Source: Bugula neritina
Taxonomy: Eukaryota > Animalia > Bryozoa
DNA: 64,000 bases
Reading direction: 5' to 3'
NCBI GenBank assembly: GCA_964035545.1
Contig: OZ037770.1
Location: 14,498,642 to 14,562,641 of the forward strand
Within the stretch, counting starts at the first letter, position 1; every line of letters starts with the position of its first letter. The position numbers and the translations under genes are program-made. The notes below the pieces were generated by a model. That model saw only the letters and a program-made list of their open reading frames with translations, had not been told where the DNA came from and did no database searches. Shown in pieces: positions 11,888 to 25,947 of this stretch.

Positions 11888-14800
11888 TCAAGATCTGCGT
11901 GCAAGTGCCTCTGTCAGATTAGTCATGGCAGTTACTGAATCATCGCTAGAGTTGGCTCGAACATAAAACTTCTTAACCTCAGTTTTCATTTTTCTTATAC
12001 TGTCGGTAGTAACAGTTTGTGAAAGTATGACAAGAGTTCCTTGAGCAGCTATGAAGAACTTCAGGGCCCTGTAGATTGATAGTTGGTACTGAAACTCAAG
12101 CTCTAGAAAGGGTGCTAAAATCCAATGAATGCCAAACAGCACTTTCAGTTTTATAATAGCTATAATCTTTTTCCTCGTTTTATGTTTTCTAGTTTGTGTA
12201 AGGTTGCTGCCAGATTTAAATACTTTGACACTGGCAATAATAAGGAGAATGATGGCCAGGGCTGTCATTATATAGATTGGAGCTAAAACAAGAAGATATC
12301 TGGTCTGCTGACTTCCAATAAAGCACAAGCCGTCTATAAACACGGGGTACAGTTTCTCGAACTTTACTGCGTCAAGAATAAGAGCTAAGGCAACGTTTAA
12401 TAGTGGAGTTAGCCAGGCAAACGAGGCGTAGTATATGTAGGTTCTATTACTGCGATGTTGCACGGGCTGAGTGTTGACTATCCCTTTAAGTATCCAAACA
12501 CAGATTGCTGTAGTCCAAGTGTGTAAAGAAAGAAAAAAGTATATTTGGAAGCAAGATGCAACTCTGCATGTAAGTCCCTTAGAGTTAACAAGAATGTAGA
12601 ATATTTGTGCTGCAATTGCCGTCATTAACGAGCTGATGACAAAATAGCCAGTTGTCGATCTTTTTCCTTTGTAAAAGAAATGGAATGTATAGATTAACAC
12701 TACTACAAAGGAGAAAGCTCCTATCACAATGTCGGCGGTTTCCAAATAGGTATTATGACTATAAAGCTGGCAGGTGTAAAGTTTGCTGCTTATTATAACA
12801 AAGTCAGAACTTTCATCAACTGTGGAAGTAGTGAGCATGTGATTCTTACAAACTTGCCAATTCAGCGTAGGATCCACGCTGCCGTACTTAACACAGAGGT
12901 TTAGGTCGGTGGTGAATGGATACACAACTGGTCGAAAATGCTCACCAACTGTACTTCCTAGCTTTGGTAAACTTAACTTGTTTGCTCTTAGCACAGGTGA
13001 AATTTGTTGTTGAATTAAAGAAGTGCTTTTCCGTATCAATTCATTCAAAAGAACTTCATTCATTTTCAAAGTGTTGAATGCATTAGTAGTAGCCGTACTA
13101 CTACAAGATAAATCTTCGGTGTTGTGACAAATAGCGCAATAACTGTTTTTGAATTTCTGTGTTACATTTCCATGACTGCCACTACCTCCATACACAAAAG
13201 ATGTTGGCGATTCGGTGCATAGTTTTGCTATTCTCCAATTTCTAGTATCATCTGGACACGCAGAAATATATCTCAGACTATCTGGCTTGCACCTTCTTAC
13301 TAGAGTTGTGTTCTCAGGGGGGAGATAATTCACTACATTGCAGCTGAAAAGATGAACAGAAATGTTAGCTTGGTGGAGGTAGGCCGGCGTCTAATTTGCA
13401 TTAGTTCACAGCACTTGTTTGATTTCAACACATGATGAGACATGAAGGCAACTAGAAAAACATTTCTATCAATTATGCGGGAAATATTATAACACAGCCT
13501 AATCTATAAAATCATATGCCGCAATATGTCTGCAGTCTCATTCTGATGTCAATATCATATTTCAACTCAAAACAATTCTAATATCACATTTATAAAGCAG
13601 CGTTGGCATGCAGCAAAAGTTGAAGGCAAATAGCATCTCATCAAATTGCATTTGAAAGAATTTAACAATTCAACAAAGCATGACAATTGCAATATTTGAC
13701 TGAGCTTCCCATCTATTTACTTTAATTATATAAAAATATGTTTGTGTATGTTTACATAAAAAACTATTTAAGTTGATCTAAAACGAATAATAATAATTTT
13801 ATATATTAGGGTTTAGGTTTGGATATGAATAATAGGCACTATTAACAGAGAAAGACATTTCACGGTTTGTTACTAGTTTCAGTTGAAACCTCAGAACAAA
13901 TCTAATTGTATTGATGCGTTACCCGTTCCACACAAAGTGCTTCTGGTATATTCACAAATAAATTATCTCACCTATTTAGTGTGTCTATTTGAGCTGTGGT
14001 ATCTACATCTTGGTGGAGTTTGCAAGTCGAATCATTTGAAGAACCAAAATATTTTTTCCAATACCTAACATCGTGCACTGAATGGCATTGGGAGCAATAG
14101 ATATTAGCATATCTAAAACACATCAGAACATAATAATATATATGTATTAGCACAGGGTTAGGCAGTGGCCATGTAAAAATATTTAGCAGTTCGAACTATT
14201 TGGCATTATATTTTAACCAGCGTGGGTATGTGGTGATGAACATCGCAATTACTTTTGCAGTGGCCTACTTTGAATACCATTATAAGCTTAATATTGCTTC
14301 TGGCCAAACATCAAAAACATTTTTCTAGGAGAGCTAAAATGTTCTACTACAGCGATAATTTTGTTAATATCGTTTTCATGGAACTATAAAATTCATGATT
14401 AATTTGTTTTAAATTAACCACCTTAAGCCAGTTGCTCCATCTGTTACAGGCACACCATGAATGTTGTCACTGCTGTTACTATGTTCACAGAGTTGTCTGA
14501 CTGTAGTATTATTGTATCCTCTTGGACATCTATGTACTTCCATCCATCCTTTTTCACCTGATTCCGAACTATTTTCGTTTGCTGGTTCATTGGTGACTTT
14601 ACAGGTGTAAGTCCCGTCTTCCAGAACGTTTTGGCTAGTTGGTTGGTAGACTGAGTCTTCACAGCAATCATTGAGGTAGATGCAGAATTCATCACAGTGA
14701 CAGCTCGGTTCAGGCTCCTCAATTAATTCCAACTCTGCGGGCCTACACTGACTACGATTGGTACAGAGTGAGTGAGACTGATGGCTGCTAGGCTCTATTG

Positions 14801-17212
14801 GCTGAAGGCCACTGGACTCTATTAGTGGTGCATGTTGACTAATACTTAGACATTTTAAGGAAGGGGGATCTAGTATGTAACCTTTTCCACAACCTGGCGC
14901 AGTGCAATCCGACGTTGAATCTACCCTACGTACGGCAAACAGCCCACAAACGTGTGGGAAGGTAGTGGAGCATGCAAATGACCCTAGATTCCACATATTA
15001 GGATCTGGACGGTTTTTATCTTTTGGGTGTTGAATGTCCGAAACTATTTCCATACAAACATTTTGAGTTTTGTTAACAAAATAAGAGCAGCTAATAGGGT
15101 TTTTACTGCTTTGTAGTTGCGTAAAAGAGAATGTAGGAGACTGTGAGTCGAACAACAGAGGTTGAGCAGCCATCAACAACAATTCAGTTGAAACGCCTAC
15201 CTTTCGTAACAGTTTCTCTCCATCCCAAACGAACTGGAGTAATTCTTTCGTATTGTTCAGAAGTTGAGGCTGAGAATAAGTTATATTAGAAAGATTCACA
15301 TTATGACAAAGGGCACAGAATTGGTTACGAAACACCAGGTTGAGAGAGGAAATGTTGATGTAGTTGGCAGGTCCAGTCTGACAGAGTGTAGCTAGCTCTT
15401 TGCTGGAGTTTGAAGGGCATGTGGACACGGATTGAAAACATCGATCTGGCTCTCGGGGAGGGACATAAGAAACATGGCAATTCCTACAAAACAACAGTTT
15501 AAAGTATACAAATATAAAACTTCATAAATAAATAAACAGTAAAATTTGAAAAAAAAATTCTAAATAAACTGCAAGCAAAAGAATATTATTTTGAATTTAG
15601 GCTTGGCAGCTAAAAATAAATACTGCTTGCAGTGTAAAAAGGGTTAGCATTACTTTTTATATGCGGAGTGTAATAAATGTGCACTAAAAACAAATTAAAT
15701 GATTTATGTAGGTGTATGCTTAGAACACAACTGTATTAACAGTCATCATATCATCGTCATATCATCATCATACCATCAACTGTTTGCTAGATGAACATCA
15801 TTAAATATAATCAGCTGCTTTGATTCCTCCTCACCCAACCCCATCTATCTCAGCTCTATTTGGGTAGAACTAGTTGCTTTAATTAATCTATCTAATTTAC
15901 TTGAAGATTGACATTCCGTGCAGCAACTCTAGCTTCTACTCAACAAATGTATTAATTAGTTTGCAATTTCATTCAAACCTTTCAATAAAATGCATTAGCA
16001 TTGAATGATTATGTTCTTTATGAGGGTAATAGCTGTTTATCTCCGTCATATGGCACTCCGCTTTGGCCGTCCACCATTCCACACTTTCCAACATCTCCTT
16101 CTCTCTTTCTTCTGCGCCGAACCACTTCTGGCGAGACAAATCTATCTGATTTTCAAGATCTACGCCATTACACATGGCGCAGTAGATGTTCTTATAACTG
16201 ATTTGATTGGCCACTCCTCTGACAGGCCAGCGACTAAGAGATAAGTCTACAAAGTCACCATGGTTGATAAACTCAATTAAATTAAACTAGACATTGCTTT
16301 TAAGTTATACATCAAAATCATCAATAAAGTTGAGACGTATTGTTTTAACAGATTTACTGTTCAGTCTATAGATAAGTTGCAAAAAATATACAAACAATTC
16401 AATGGGCAATCTAAAGCTAGTTTATTTGATAAATTACACACATCGATAACATACTGTTACTGTAATGTTTAAATAAAAACACAACACTTTTGGCAATGTT
16501 ATAATTATGTAAATGCCAAAAACTTGTTCTATCATAATTTCTATATATGGGAAAATGTTCCAATAATTCATAATCCTTGAAGAGTCATAGATCGAGTGTG
16601 CAAAATTTGGATTATAGATGTATATTTCTTTAATGAATATAATTTTACTACACTAAAAGTATATAAAAATGCACATGGCATACAAAACCTCTCTTACATA
16701 ATACTAAAAGCTCCAATAAGCCATATTCTCAGAAGGAAAGATTTATATAGTACCAACTTTGCATTGAAATTATAAATTCCTTTGCATAAATTTAGTTTTA
16801 CTACATTAAAATTATATTATAAAACCTCTCTTACATAATAATTTGGTCTACATTTCCATTTCTTCTTCATACCTGAAGAGTTAGCAGAGTTCTCACAAAG
16901 ATCTCTCAGCTCCTCATCCTCTAACTCAGAAGGACACGAGTCTACTATGTAGAACTCATCATGACAAGAGAAAGTGTTTGGAGAAAGCTGCTCTAGAGGT
17001 TGTGGAAAAGCTGTAGAACAACAATCTCCGTAGTATTTACACGGAGAAAGTCCAGATATGTTGTAGGTAAAGCAAGTGCCGCTGACGCTGAGCATATCTT
17101 GCATGAAGGCTGTGTTTAGAGAGAGTAGTCCTAAATGTACTTCTGTAACATTCTGCATGCATGTAGCTAGAGATACGGCACAAACTAATAAAGTACTTAG
17201 AGACTTTCTCAT
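11888..17212 (-). CDS. Family-B/Methuselah/adhesion-like GPCR with signal peptide, somatomedin-B-like and Cys-rich repeats, ~1088 aa
   Basis: Exons 17212-16873, 16246-15979, 15483-14422, 14112-13972, 13343-11888 total 3267 nt in one frame. Signal peptide MRKSLSTLLVCAVSLA; SMB-like CHCDEFCIYLNDCCED; four CP..C..N.[YF]C..C modules; 7TM region with CRVASCFQIYFFLSLHTW, AWLTP and LFGIHW (secretin/adhesion-like). Confidence 0.85.
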
Positions 17213-20200
17213 TGTGGTTAAGAAATAAAACTATTCCAGTACCAACTCGCCCCTACTTTCACGGGTTAATAAATGAAAGCTTCTGATAAATTGGGCTATC
17301 CATTGCAATGCTTTGGCAACCTAGTCTCGGGTTACTCTTTGATCTGTCTAGTTTTTGGCTGCACAATCTAGGATTTGATTGGCTCAAAGCCTACAAAGCT
17401 TTGAAACTTAGCTGTTTATTGTAAAATGAGTTGAAAGATTACGACATGTTATATATAGCATTAATATGTGGGAGGAACTAATGTTACTTGGTAGTAAGTA
17501 TCTTATTGTCTGTCATGCTTGTGATATTAGTTGACAAAATAATTAATGGTTAGCCAAACGCAGTTGCATCATTAAATCTCTTCTAAACAATAATCTATTT
17601 CTAGTTATTTTGCTAAAAGTTTTTGTAATTACTATATTATGGCAAAAGTAATTGATAACAAAATATATTACAATAGTAATTGGTTTTATAGCCTGTTATT
17701 TGAATTTATTCAATTGCATGATGTATTTTTAGACATTGTCATTGATGTACTGGGCCTGTTCCATGAATGACCAATCAAATCAGTTATAAGAACAAGGGTT
17801 TAGAATTTAGATGTTTATAGTTGGATGGATTTATCTTATCAGAAGTGATTCGCAGCTGAATTCATAGAGAAAGAACCTGCTGAAGTGGAGTGTAGAGTGT
17901 AGACTTTTTAAACAATGGACCAATTTATATTATACTACTATACAGTCCCAGTCCGTCAATAAGTAAGCCAGAATTCTTAGAATCTGCACTTATAGAGTCA
18001 TAAAGTAAGAATTATAATTTCGTAATCTCCTAAGAAAATTAATAGGTCTACTCAGCCAACCAGAACGTTCTGGAAGATGAGACTCATACCGTAAAGTCAC
18101 CAGCGAACTAATAAACAAAACTAGTCCACGATGAGCTGAGTGGAGATGGATGGAAGTAAACAGATGTACAAGAGAATACACTAATAATATGTAGCATTAG
18201 ACAACACCTTGGAACTAGCAACAACACGCTATTCAACGTCCATAGTGTACCTATAACAGAGTTGGTCTTAATTGAGTGATTTATGGCTCAAATATATTGC
18301 TTCCACCAGTAAACTTGATAGGGTGTAATCTAAACTTGGAATGCTTTGTATCATAATTGATACATATACATTATGAACTCTATACTTGTAACCTACTGAC
18401 TCTCATACAATCTTACTCCGTCCCATACTTAGAGATCTTTCATGTTTTTAATAGTACATGAAATTTTGTTTAGAACTCAGTAAGCAAATAAACTTAATAC
18501 ACACAGCCAGTTGTGTAAAGAGTTAGGATTTAGGAACTGTGTTTGTTTGGTACATGGCCTGCAGTAGGGTAGGGCAATTTACCAGTAACCAATCAGGTAC
18601 CTTGTTATATCAATGCTGTGCCAACCACCCAGCCCTCATAAACAGTGTACAATGTGGAGATGTGAGAGAGATTAGACATTGGTATTAAATTTAAAAACTT
18701 TATATATAAGTTAATACTATAATATGTAAAGAAAGTTATTTAGAAATATAAATCTAAAAAAACTAGTGATCGCTGAAGAAAGCAAATATTGTGCTTTTAC
18801 TACATATCTTAATTTTCTTAGATCACAGGGTTACTTTTTACTAAAAGCTGGAAATATCTTATGATCAATTTTACTAAATGTTGCATGTATTATAGGAATT
18901 ATGCTATTTGTGTTCATAGTTTTACTATATAATGTAATATCATATGCGTTTAAATTGAGATAAATAAACTTACATGTACTTAGCCTATAATCTAGCTATG
19001 AGCTAACTTATAAAATATGCATGACAGATGTATACCAGCTGAAGTGAAGTCTTTGATAGTTGTTTTGCCAGTACAATCTTTGATGCTAAGACAACTACCA
19101 GCAAATTTCAACCCTAAGGAGACTACCACTGAATCCTTATTCTTAGTTCATTTATTAGCTCAAGAGATTTCAAGTGTGGACAACTCTGAGCTTGACTTGA
19201 AGCATAATACTCTCTCTTACAGACAAGTAATTGACTCAAAATGTAGAGAACCAAGTTTTGATTCGCTACACAAAATTCCGTTACCAGGTGCAGGCAACTT
19301 CTAAACTAAGATATATAATCAAATTACTCAAATTAATGTCACAATTACAAATTAACAAAAGTTTAATGGTGATTGACCAGATATCATCTAACCATGAGTG
19401 CAGTTAGCATACTGTTTATTTATAAGCTTCATGATTGTCAAATTAATATTTAAAAGACTGGACCTAAAAGAAGATGGCTGCCTATTGCAACCAAACAAGT
19501 CTGTTTAAGCTTATGGTAGCTGTGTGCACTATAGTTCATAGGTTGATAATTGGATTATTCTAAATATTATATTATTCTCCTAAATTATCAAAATATGTTT
19601 TTCGCAGTTTAATTTTAGTGTTTATGTTTTGTCTATTTAAATAAATTTATTCAAGAAAAATGCAATAACTTATGAGCACTTTGGTGTTGTGTGTTATGTG
19701 TCACCTTTAAATAGAACACAACTTTAAATCATGCATATAACTCAAGAGAAGACAACTTCTATACATTTCCAACATTATTATTACATGTTTGCTCCCCCTT
19801 AAATCTCTCAATTTTTCAGTTCACTCATATAGTCACCAGCCTAGCCCATTTCGGGCTGGGTCAGGTCATGCCCCTTAATATACAGAAAACAGGATCTTAG
19901 TATATACAGACAAATATACATAAATAGCCTATTATGTTTTCACTAATTAGTTTCTTATATTATATAATATACCTGAATTACTTCTGTTTATTATGTAATT
20001 ATAACAGGAAATGCCTAGTAGCTTGTAGCTTGATGAGGGGTGAGTAGAGAAGAAATGTGTAACCAAGTCTAACCAACATATCATCATTTGGATTTCTATT
20101 CAATAATATTTCATTTGGTACTGCTTTCTATGTTTTGCATTTCTATTAGTTCTTTGATGCCTCAATGCAAATTATAAACTTTGCAACTATATATACATTT

Positions 20201-23172
20201 TTATAATTATATACTATACTATACTGTAGGTCTAGTTTGGCTTCTTTTCAATGGATAGTAACTATACTAATGTATCATTATATTATACTAAGTTGATCGG
20301 AATTTGTTTTGTGTAGTATCTTACATATGAAACCTATATTATTATTGGCTATATAATGACAAAGGTATCAATTACAGGTTTGTTTGGTGCAATTATTTCT
20401 GCGCTACTATTGTCAGAAAATGGCTTTTGTTTAATAAATTGATTGACAGCTGAAAATAAAAGATCGGTCAGTCTAATTCTTATCAATAGCGTGTTGATTT
20501 TACAAGTACAGTCAAGCCCCAAATCTCGTGCGGCAAAACTAAAATCAAATTTGAAGTATTTTTTTTGACAAAGTCCAGTTTTCAAATATATATTCTATCT
20601 CATATAATTTAAAGCTTTGATTTGCTTTAGAGTTTTTTCATTATTGTACATTGCAAAATTATCCAACCAAAAGTGAGCTACATTGTTATTTTTAAAACAA
20701 GTAAAATGATATGAAACTAAGCTATATAGAAAAAGAGGCTGCTAGAATCCAAGTATAGCTTCTATATTCTATGCTGTGCATTTTATGCTTATAATTTGTG
20801 TTATGCCACTATATTAATAACTTTTATAAGCAATCTTTTACCAATAATTATATAACACGTATAATACAACTTTCTTTTGATTTTCTTGAAATGTTTTGAA
20901 ATGTAAAAGGGTTCATTCAGTTCCTATTATAAAATATTAAAAGGAAAGCCTGGTAGTAGTTACATGCACCTACTGTCTGTATATGTGTCGTTTACTTGTT
21001 GCCCCTATACGTATTTTCAAGCTTTATGTTTTTCTCAACCCTAGCAATTTTTAAGTACATTGAAAGAAATATTATGAAAATAAAAATATTAATTGAAAAC
21101 AAAGAAAAAAAGTAAACAAAAAATAAAACAACTGTAACCACTGGCAAGCAGGTACTTTAACTTATCCATGCACTGCATGTAACTCGTTCTACCTGCGTTC
21201 ATTTTACTATTTGTGGCCCAGGACATTTTTCATATTAAGACTGAGACCTTAAGTTTCTGTAGTTTGTTTTGACTAACAGCTTTATCCTACGGTTTCAATA
21301 GAAAGAAGTTTGCTAACAGTCAATAAAAAACAAACAGCACCTTTCATGCTCATACCTGTTGAAAGAATAATATAATCTTCTAATCAACTTGCACGCGAAA
21401 ACATCTCAGTAAAGGCATTCACTGTACGTTGAAAACTGTATTGATTAGAGAGCAGATGTATACAAAGCTGAAAGCTGTTTTGCGACGAGCCAATCAAATT
21501 TCAGTTCCACGAGCTATTATAATAATGCCAGTTGAATACAAATAACTAATTAAAGCAGACCAAAGCTAGTTGGTTATAGCAAATTATCTTTAAAGCTTGA
21601 CTTTGCAAGCTGAATATTAGGAATCACTCTGGCAGAATACGAGGAAGTTCAGTGACTTTTGATCAATTTGAAAGGTAAGCTAAATTCCATACAACTTTCT
21701 AGAGTAAGTCGTTTGGCGATTCAAAAGGCCGGACATGATATTTATACTCGATTATTAATTTGTTTTTCGCTGTTTTGGAAGGCTCAACCAGTCTGTTTAA
21801 TACACAAAGGTTAGACCGAATTTAAAAACTGCTTTTGAATTATTTGATTATTAATTATTAGTTATTTTGATTTAAAACAGTCAGTAGGTTTAGCCTAGGT
21901 GTAGACAGTCAGCATGGGAAGCTGAGTAAGTTTTATTCAGAGTTAGCAACTAGAGGTATGATAGGTGACAGCTTACTATGTATATTCACTACTTTTTAGT
22001 ACATTCATTAATCAATTGAAAACAGATATATTTTATTAAAGTTTAAATGATCAGTTGAGTTTTAATGTCATGGTTCTGAAAACCATAATATATTTGATTT
22101 TTATGTAACAAAGTTAGGGAAATGTTATATTGCATCAGAAAAATATATATTAAATAAATGCATTTCTTGTTCATGTAATTGAGATGTATACAATTGCAGT
22201 TGAACTTCTCTTAAATTTATGTCAATAATAATAAAAAAATGAAGTTATAAATAAATTTAGAAATAAGGAAAAAAATCTAGAAACAACAGACATATAAATG
22301 TTGCACTTTTTCCTCGTTGGAGTTTTTGCTTAAACTCAGAATTAATGAGCGTTTGAGTTCCAACTAGTTTACTGTAAATTAACCTTTCTACCGAAGCAGT
22401 GCTAAAAATAGCAGATCCACAAACATGTTGACTCTGTAAGCAGCCAAATTGCTCTACTTATTCCAACTGAAAACATTTATAAGTAATCATAGAGTGAGTC
22501 CTGTTCTATTTCGAGACATGAGCAAACACTAACAGCTATTAAATAAATTAGAAAGCAGGATGAAAGTGGTTTTAGAAAGAGACATTCTCATTGTGCAAAA
22601 ACTTCAGCAAACTGTTTCTATTTATAACCTCTCACCTTTTTACTGTCTTCCCAAAACCAACAACACTCTTGTTAAAACTATATTTGCTGTTGTTTTCATA
22701 TTCAACAGGCTCAGACAAGTAAATCAACCCATTGGCACTTTTAAAGCAGCACAAATAACTGCATTTGCTGTCGGCTGATCAACTTAGCTGAGCTGAAGTT
22801 AGTGTAAATTATTTATATAATCTCTATAGTACTAAATAGTTTTTATTCGTCTTTTAACTTTAACTTCGAGTAAAAGGAAGTCACTAGAGCAACCGATAAC
22901 AAATGTACTGTTTTGTAAGTTTCTACCACCTCAATTCAAAGTTCTGTTTAAATTAAAAAATTTCAGAAACATTTTTATCATGCGAGAAACAAGTCTATTT
23001 TTTTACCAATACAAATTCACATTCTTTTTGCGTAATCGTACTTATATTTTTTTTATTACGATAAAAATTGACTGCCAAAAAATGACTAGACTCAACATGT
23101 ATATTATTACTTCAACTTCAACTTTGCTTACAGATAAGTTGTCCAAGTTGAAACAATTGAAGGACTACTCCT

Positions 23173-25877
23173 ATGAAGATGAGTTTCTTGCACTCTGCTC
23201 AGTGTCTGGTTTTATCTATTCTTCTGGTACACATCATATACTTTAGCCCTGCACAAGGTGAGCTACCTGCATACTAGATAAGTTACCTGCGCTATTATAT
23301 CTTGACGAGTAAATAAATAGCAAATTCTCAGTTTTACAACTAAGTGAGTTTACTTTATAAAGTGGTTTTAAATTAATAACCTAAACAAATTCTTTTACAA
23401 ACTTTATGTAAATTTCACAATGGTGTAGTATATTAAATAGAATACAATTTGGTAGAAGTGGCATAATTTAATATAATAGATATATTATAATCTAATAAAT
23501 AATATATAAGGTAATGTAAAACACATAATAATATAATTTAATCAATTCTATGCATGTAATGTAATATAGTTGACTTGTTTATTAAATGCAAATTTTAAAA
23601 TAAGCCAAGTTAATAAAATCAAAGGCAGTCTTGTTTATAAATGTAACATAAGTGTGTTTGATATGTCAAACAGAAGTGAGTACAAAAGGCAATTTGCTAA
23701 ACAGAGTTATATTAGCCAATCAGCTTCTTTAAACTTTCGACAGATGTGAAATTAATTCATCAGAAGAGTTATAAGTGTGCCAAGTTCAGCACACTTATAA
23801 GATAATTGCCTTTGTACACCAATTATATTTCTACCTTCTTCTGTATAAGAGAAGTAACTTATATCTAGGCTAAGAGTTACTCAAGAGTTTGGACTCGTGT
23901 CAGGGGCCCCATAAACTATGCATAATGACACTAGAGCTACTTGAGATACGATCTCCTTGGATGAATGTGTATTATATTATAGACAATACTTGCCCATTAG
24001 TATGATATCTATAGATGATCAGTGAACCGTGTTTATTCAAAAGTAGCTTTATTAGAGGACGAGTGCCTGATTAAGGGATTAATTTAACTGGATTACCATA
24101 GACCCAATCTGTTCCTTACTGCGGCAGCAAGGATAGACTCGTGGCCATTCTGCACTCATTAGGTGCTGCTTATCTCTACAAAGTCAGCGGCAAGCCCTAA
24201 TCAGCAGCATAATTAGTCAGCCACGCTGCCTGATAGACTTAAAATAAATAGAGTTGAACTTTTGCAATAATTTGAGTGAAAGCTGTTACATGAGTAGCTA
24301 GGCCAATCAAAGTTATCTTAAGCATAGAATCACTGCTGCTGGTTTACAACTTACTAATAAGTGAAGTTTGTTTCACAAAAACCATTGTGTTCCTTTAAAC
24401 ATAGATAAACCTGAGCAGAGATAGCTATGTTTGTAAATATTTTAAATAATCCAACAGAGTTCTGACTTTTTTTTCTGCTTTTGTTTATGTCTACTTAGTA
24501 TAGCCAGTATTTCTACTAAATTTCGAAACATGTTTTCATGTCAGTGATATGTAATAAATCAATCAATCCACATATATTATATAGGTTTGTACCTAATTTA
24601 TACCCTAAATATAGGTATAATATGTACCTGAACTGAACAAAGCAGGATAGGCCAGAATTTAAGTGTATATATAACCCTTTATAAATTAGTTCTTTTTTAT
24701 ATATTTGCAGGGAGAGAAATAAAGACTGAAACAAGGTGTTTCCATGACAGCACGCTGCCCTTGAGATGTCTGGATGAATCAATCATCAGAGTGTTTAACG
24801 TGACTTACGGATTGTCCGAAGGGAACCAGTGCTCTCACGAAGAAGGAGACTGCACTTTGACCGAGTACACCAGCTTTGGGTGGGTCTCATGTCACCTAGA
24901 CCGAAAGAGTGTTGTAACAGAATGTAGGCTATATACTTGGCAATATAGTATTATATAAAGTGAAGCCTTATTCTATTTTAGTTGTAATGGCAAAACTAGC
25001 TGTGATATTTCAATTCGGGAGGAGACGAAGTACTACGCTCCCTTACCAATATGTAACTTGGTAGGAAACTATCTCAGAGTGGTCTACGAATGTGTCCCAT
25101 GTAAGTAGAAATAAAATATATAATAGAAATATAATATATAATAAAAATGCAATATATAATGAAATATAAGATACAATACAAATATAATATATTATAATAA
25201 CAATATAATATAGGCTAATATATAATAAAAAAATATAATGTAGAATAATGAGTTTCAGAGTTAAAAGAAAGTAAGGATTGATCAGTAACAAAATGTGATT
25301 CTATAAACTTAGTAATAATAAAACCATAACATAGTTTGCTCTCTGAAAGTAAATTTAATTAGTTGAATACGATTTACTTAATCTTTTCAACTCAACATGA
25401 AATCGATTTATTCATTTCAAATAGACAATCAGTTGTATTTTTAAATTCAATTGCACAGACAGCTTGTGTCTCTGTGGCAGAATTTCCTGTTCTATCGAAT
25501 GCTAATAAACTACGACCATATTTCCTGCCATTTCCCATAGCTGACAGCTGATTGGTTGGTCACTGGCAGCCTTGATCCATTTTAGCTGCAGCTGCAAAGG
25601 CCTGCAACATGAATAAATAGCGTCATTTTCTTCACTCAATATATACATACATTTAGGGTGGCTGCTTGGCCACCCATATAACTTGTGGATAATAAATTAA
25701 CTCTAGTCGGTGTCATAGTCACTTTGAAAGGTGTTGTTTTGTAGATGAGATTTAGGATTATAATTATGTGTGGTCCTCAAGGGGTTTAGTCAAGTTAATT
25801 ATAATTAGCAGTCAATGATACAGCAACTCGTTGAAGTTGGTAGGAGACCATTAGGGAAATGTATAAGTTCTTTAGAG

Positions 25878-25947
<70 letters not shown>

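Noticed and set aside
19017-19304. 95-aa ORF in the intergenic region
   Set aside because: No recognisable motif and no supporting splice structure.
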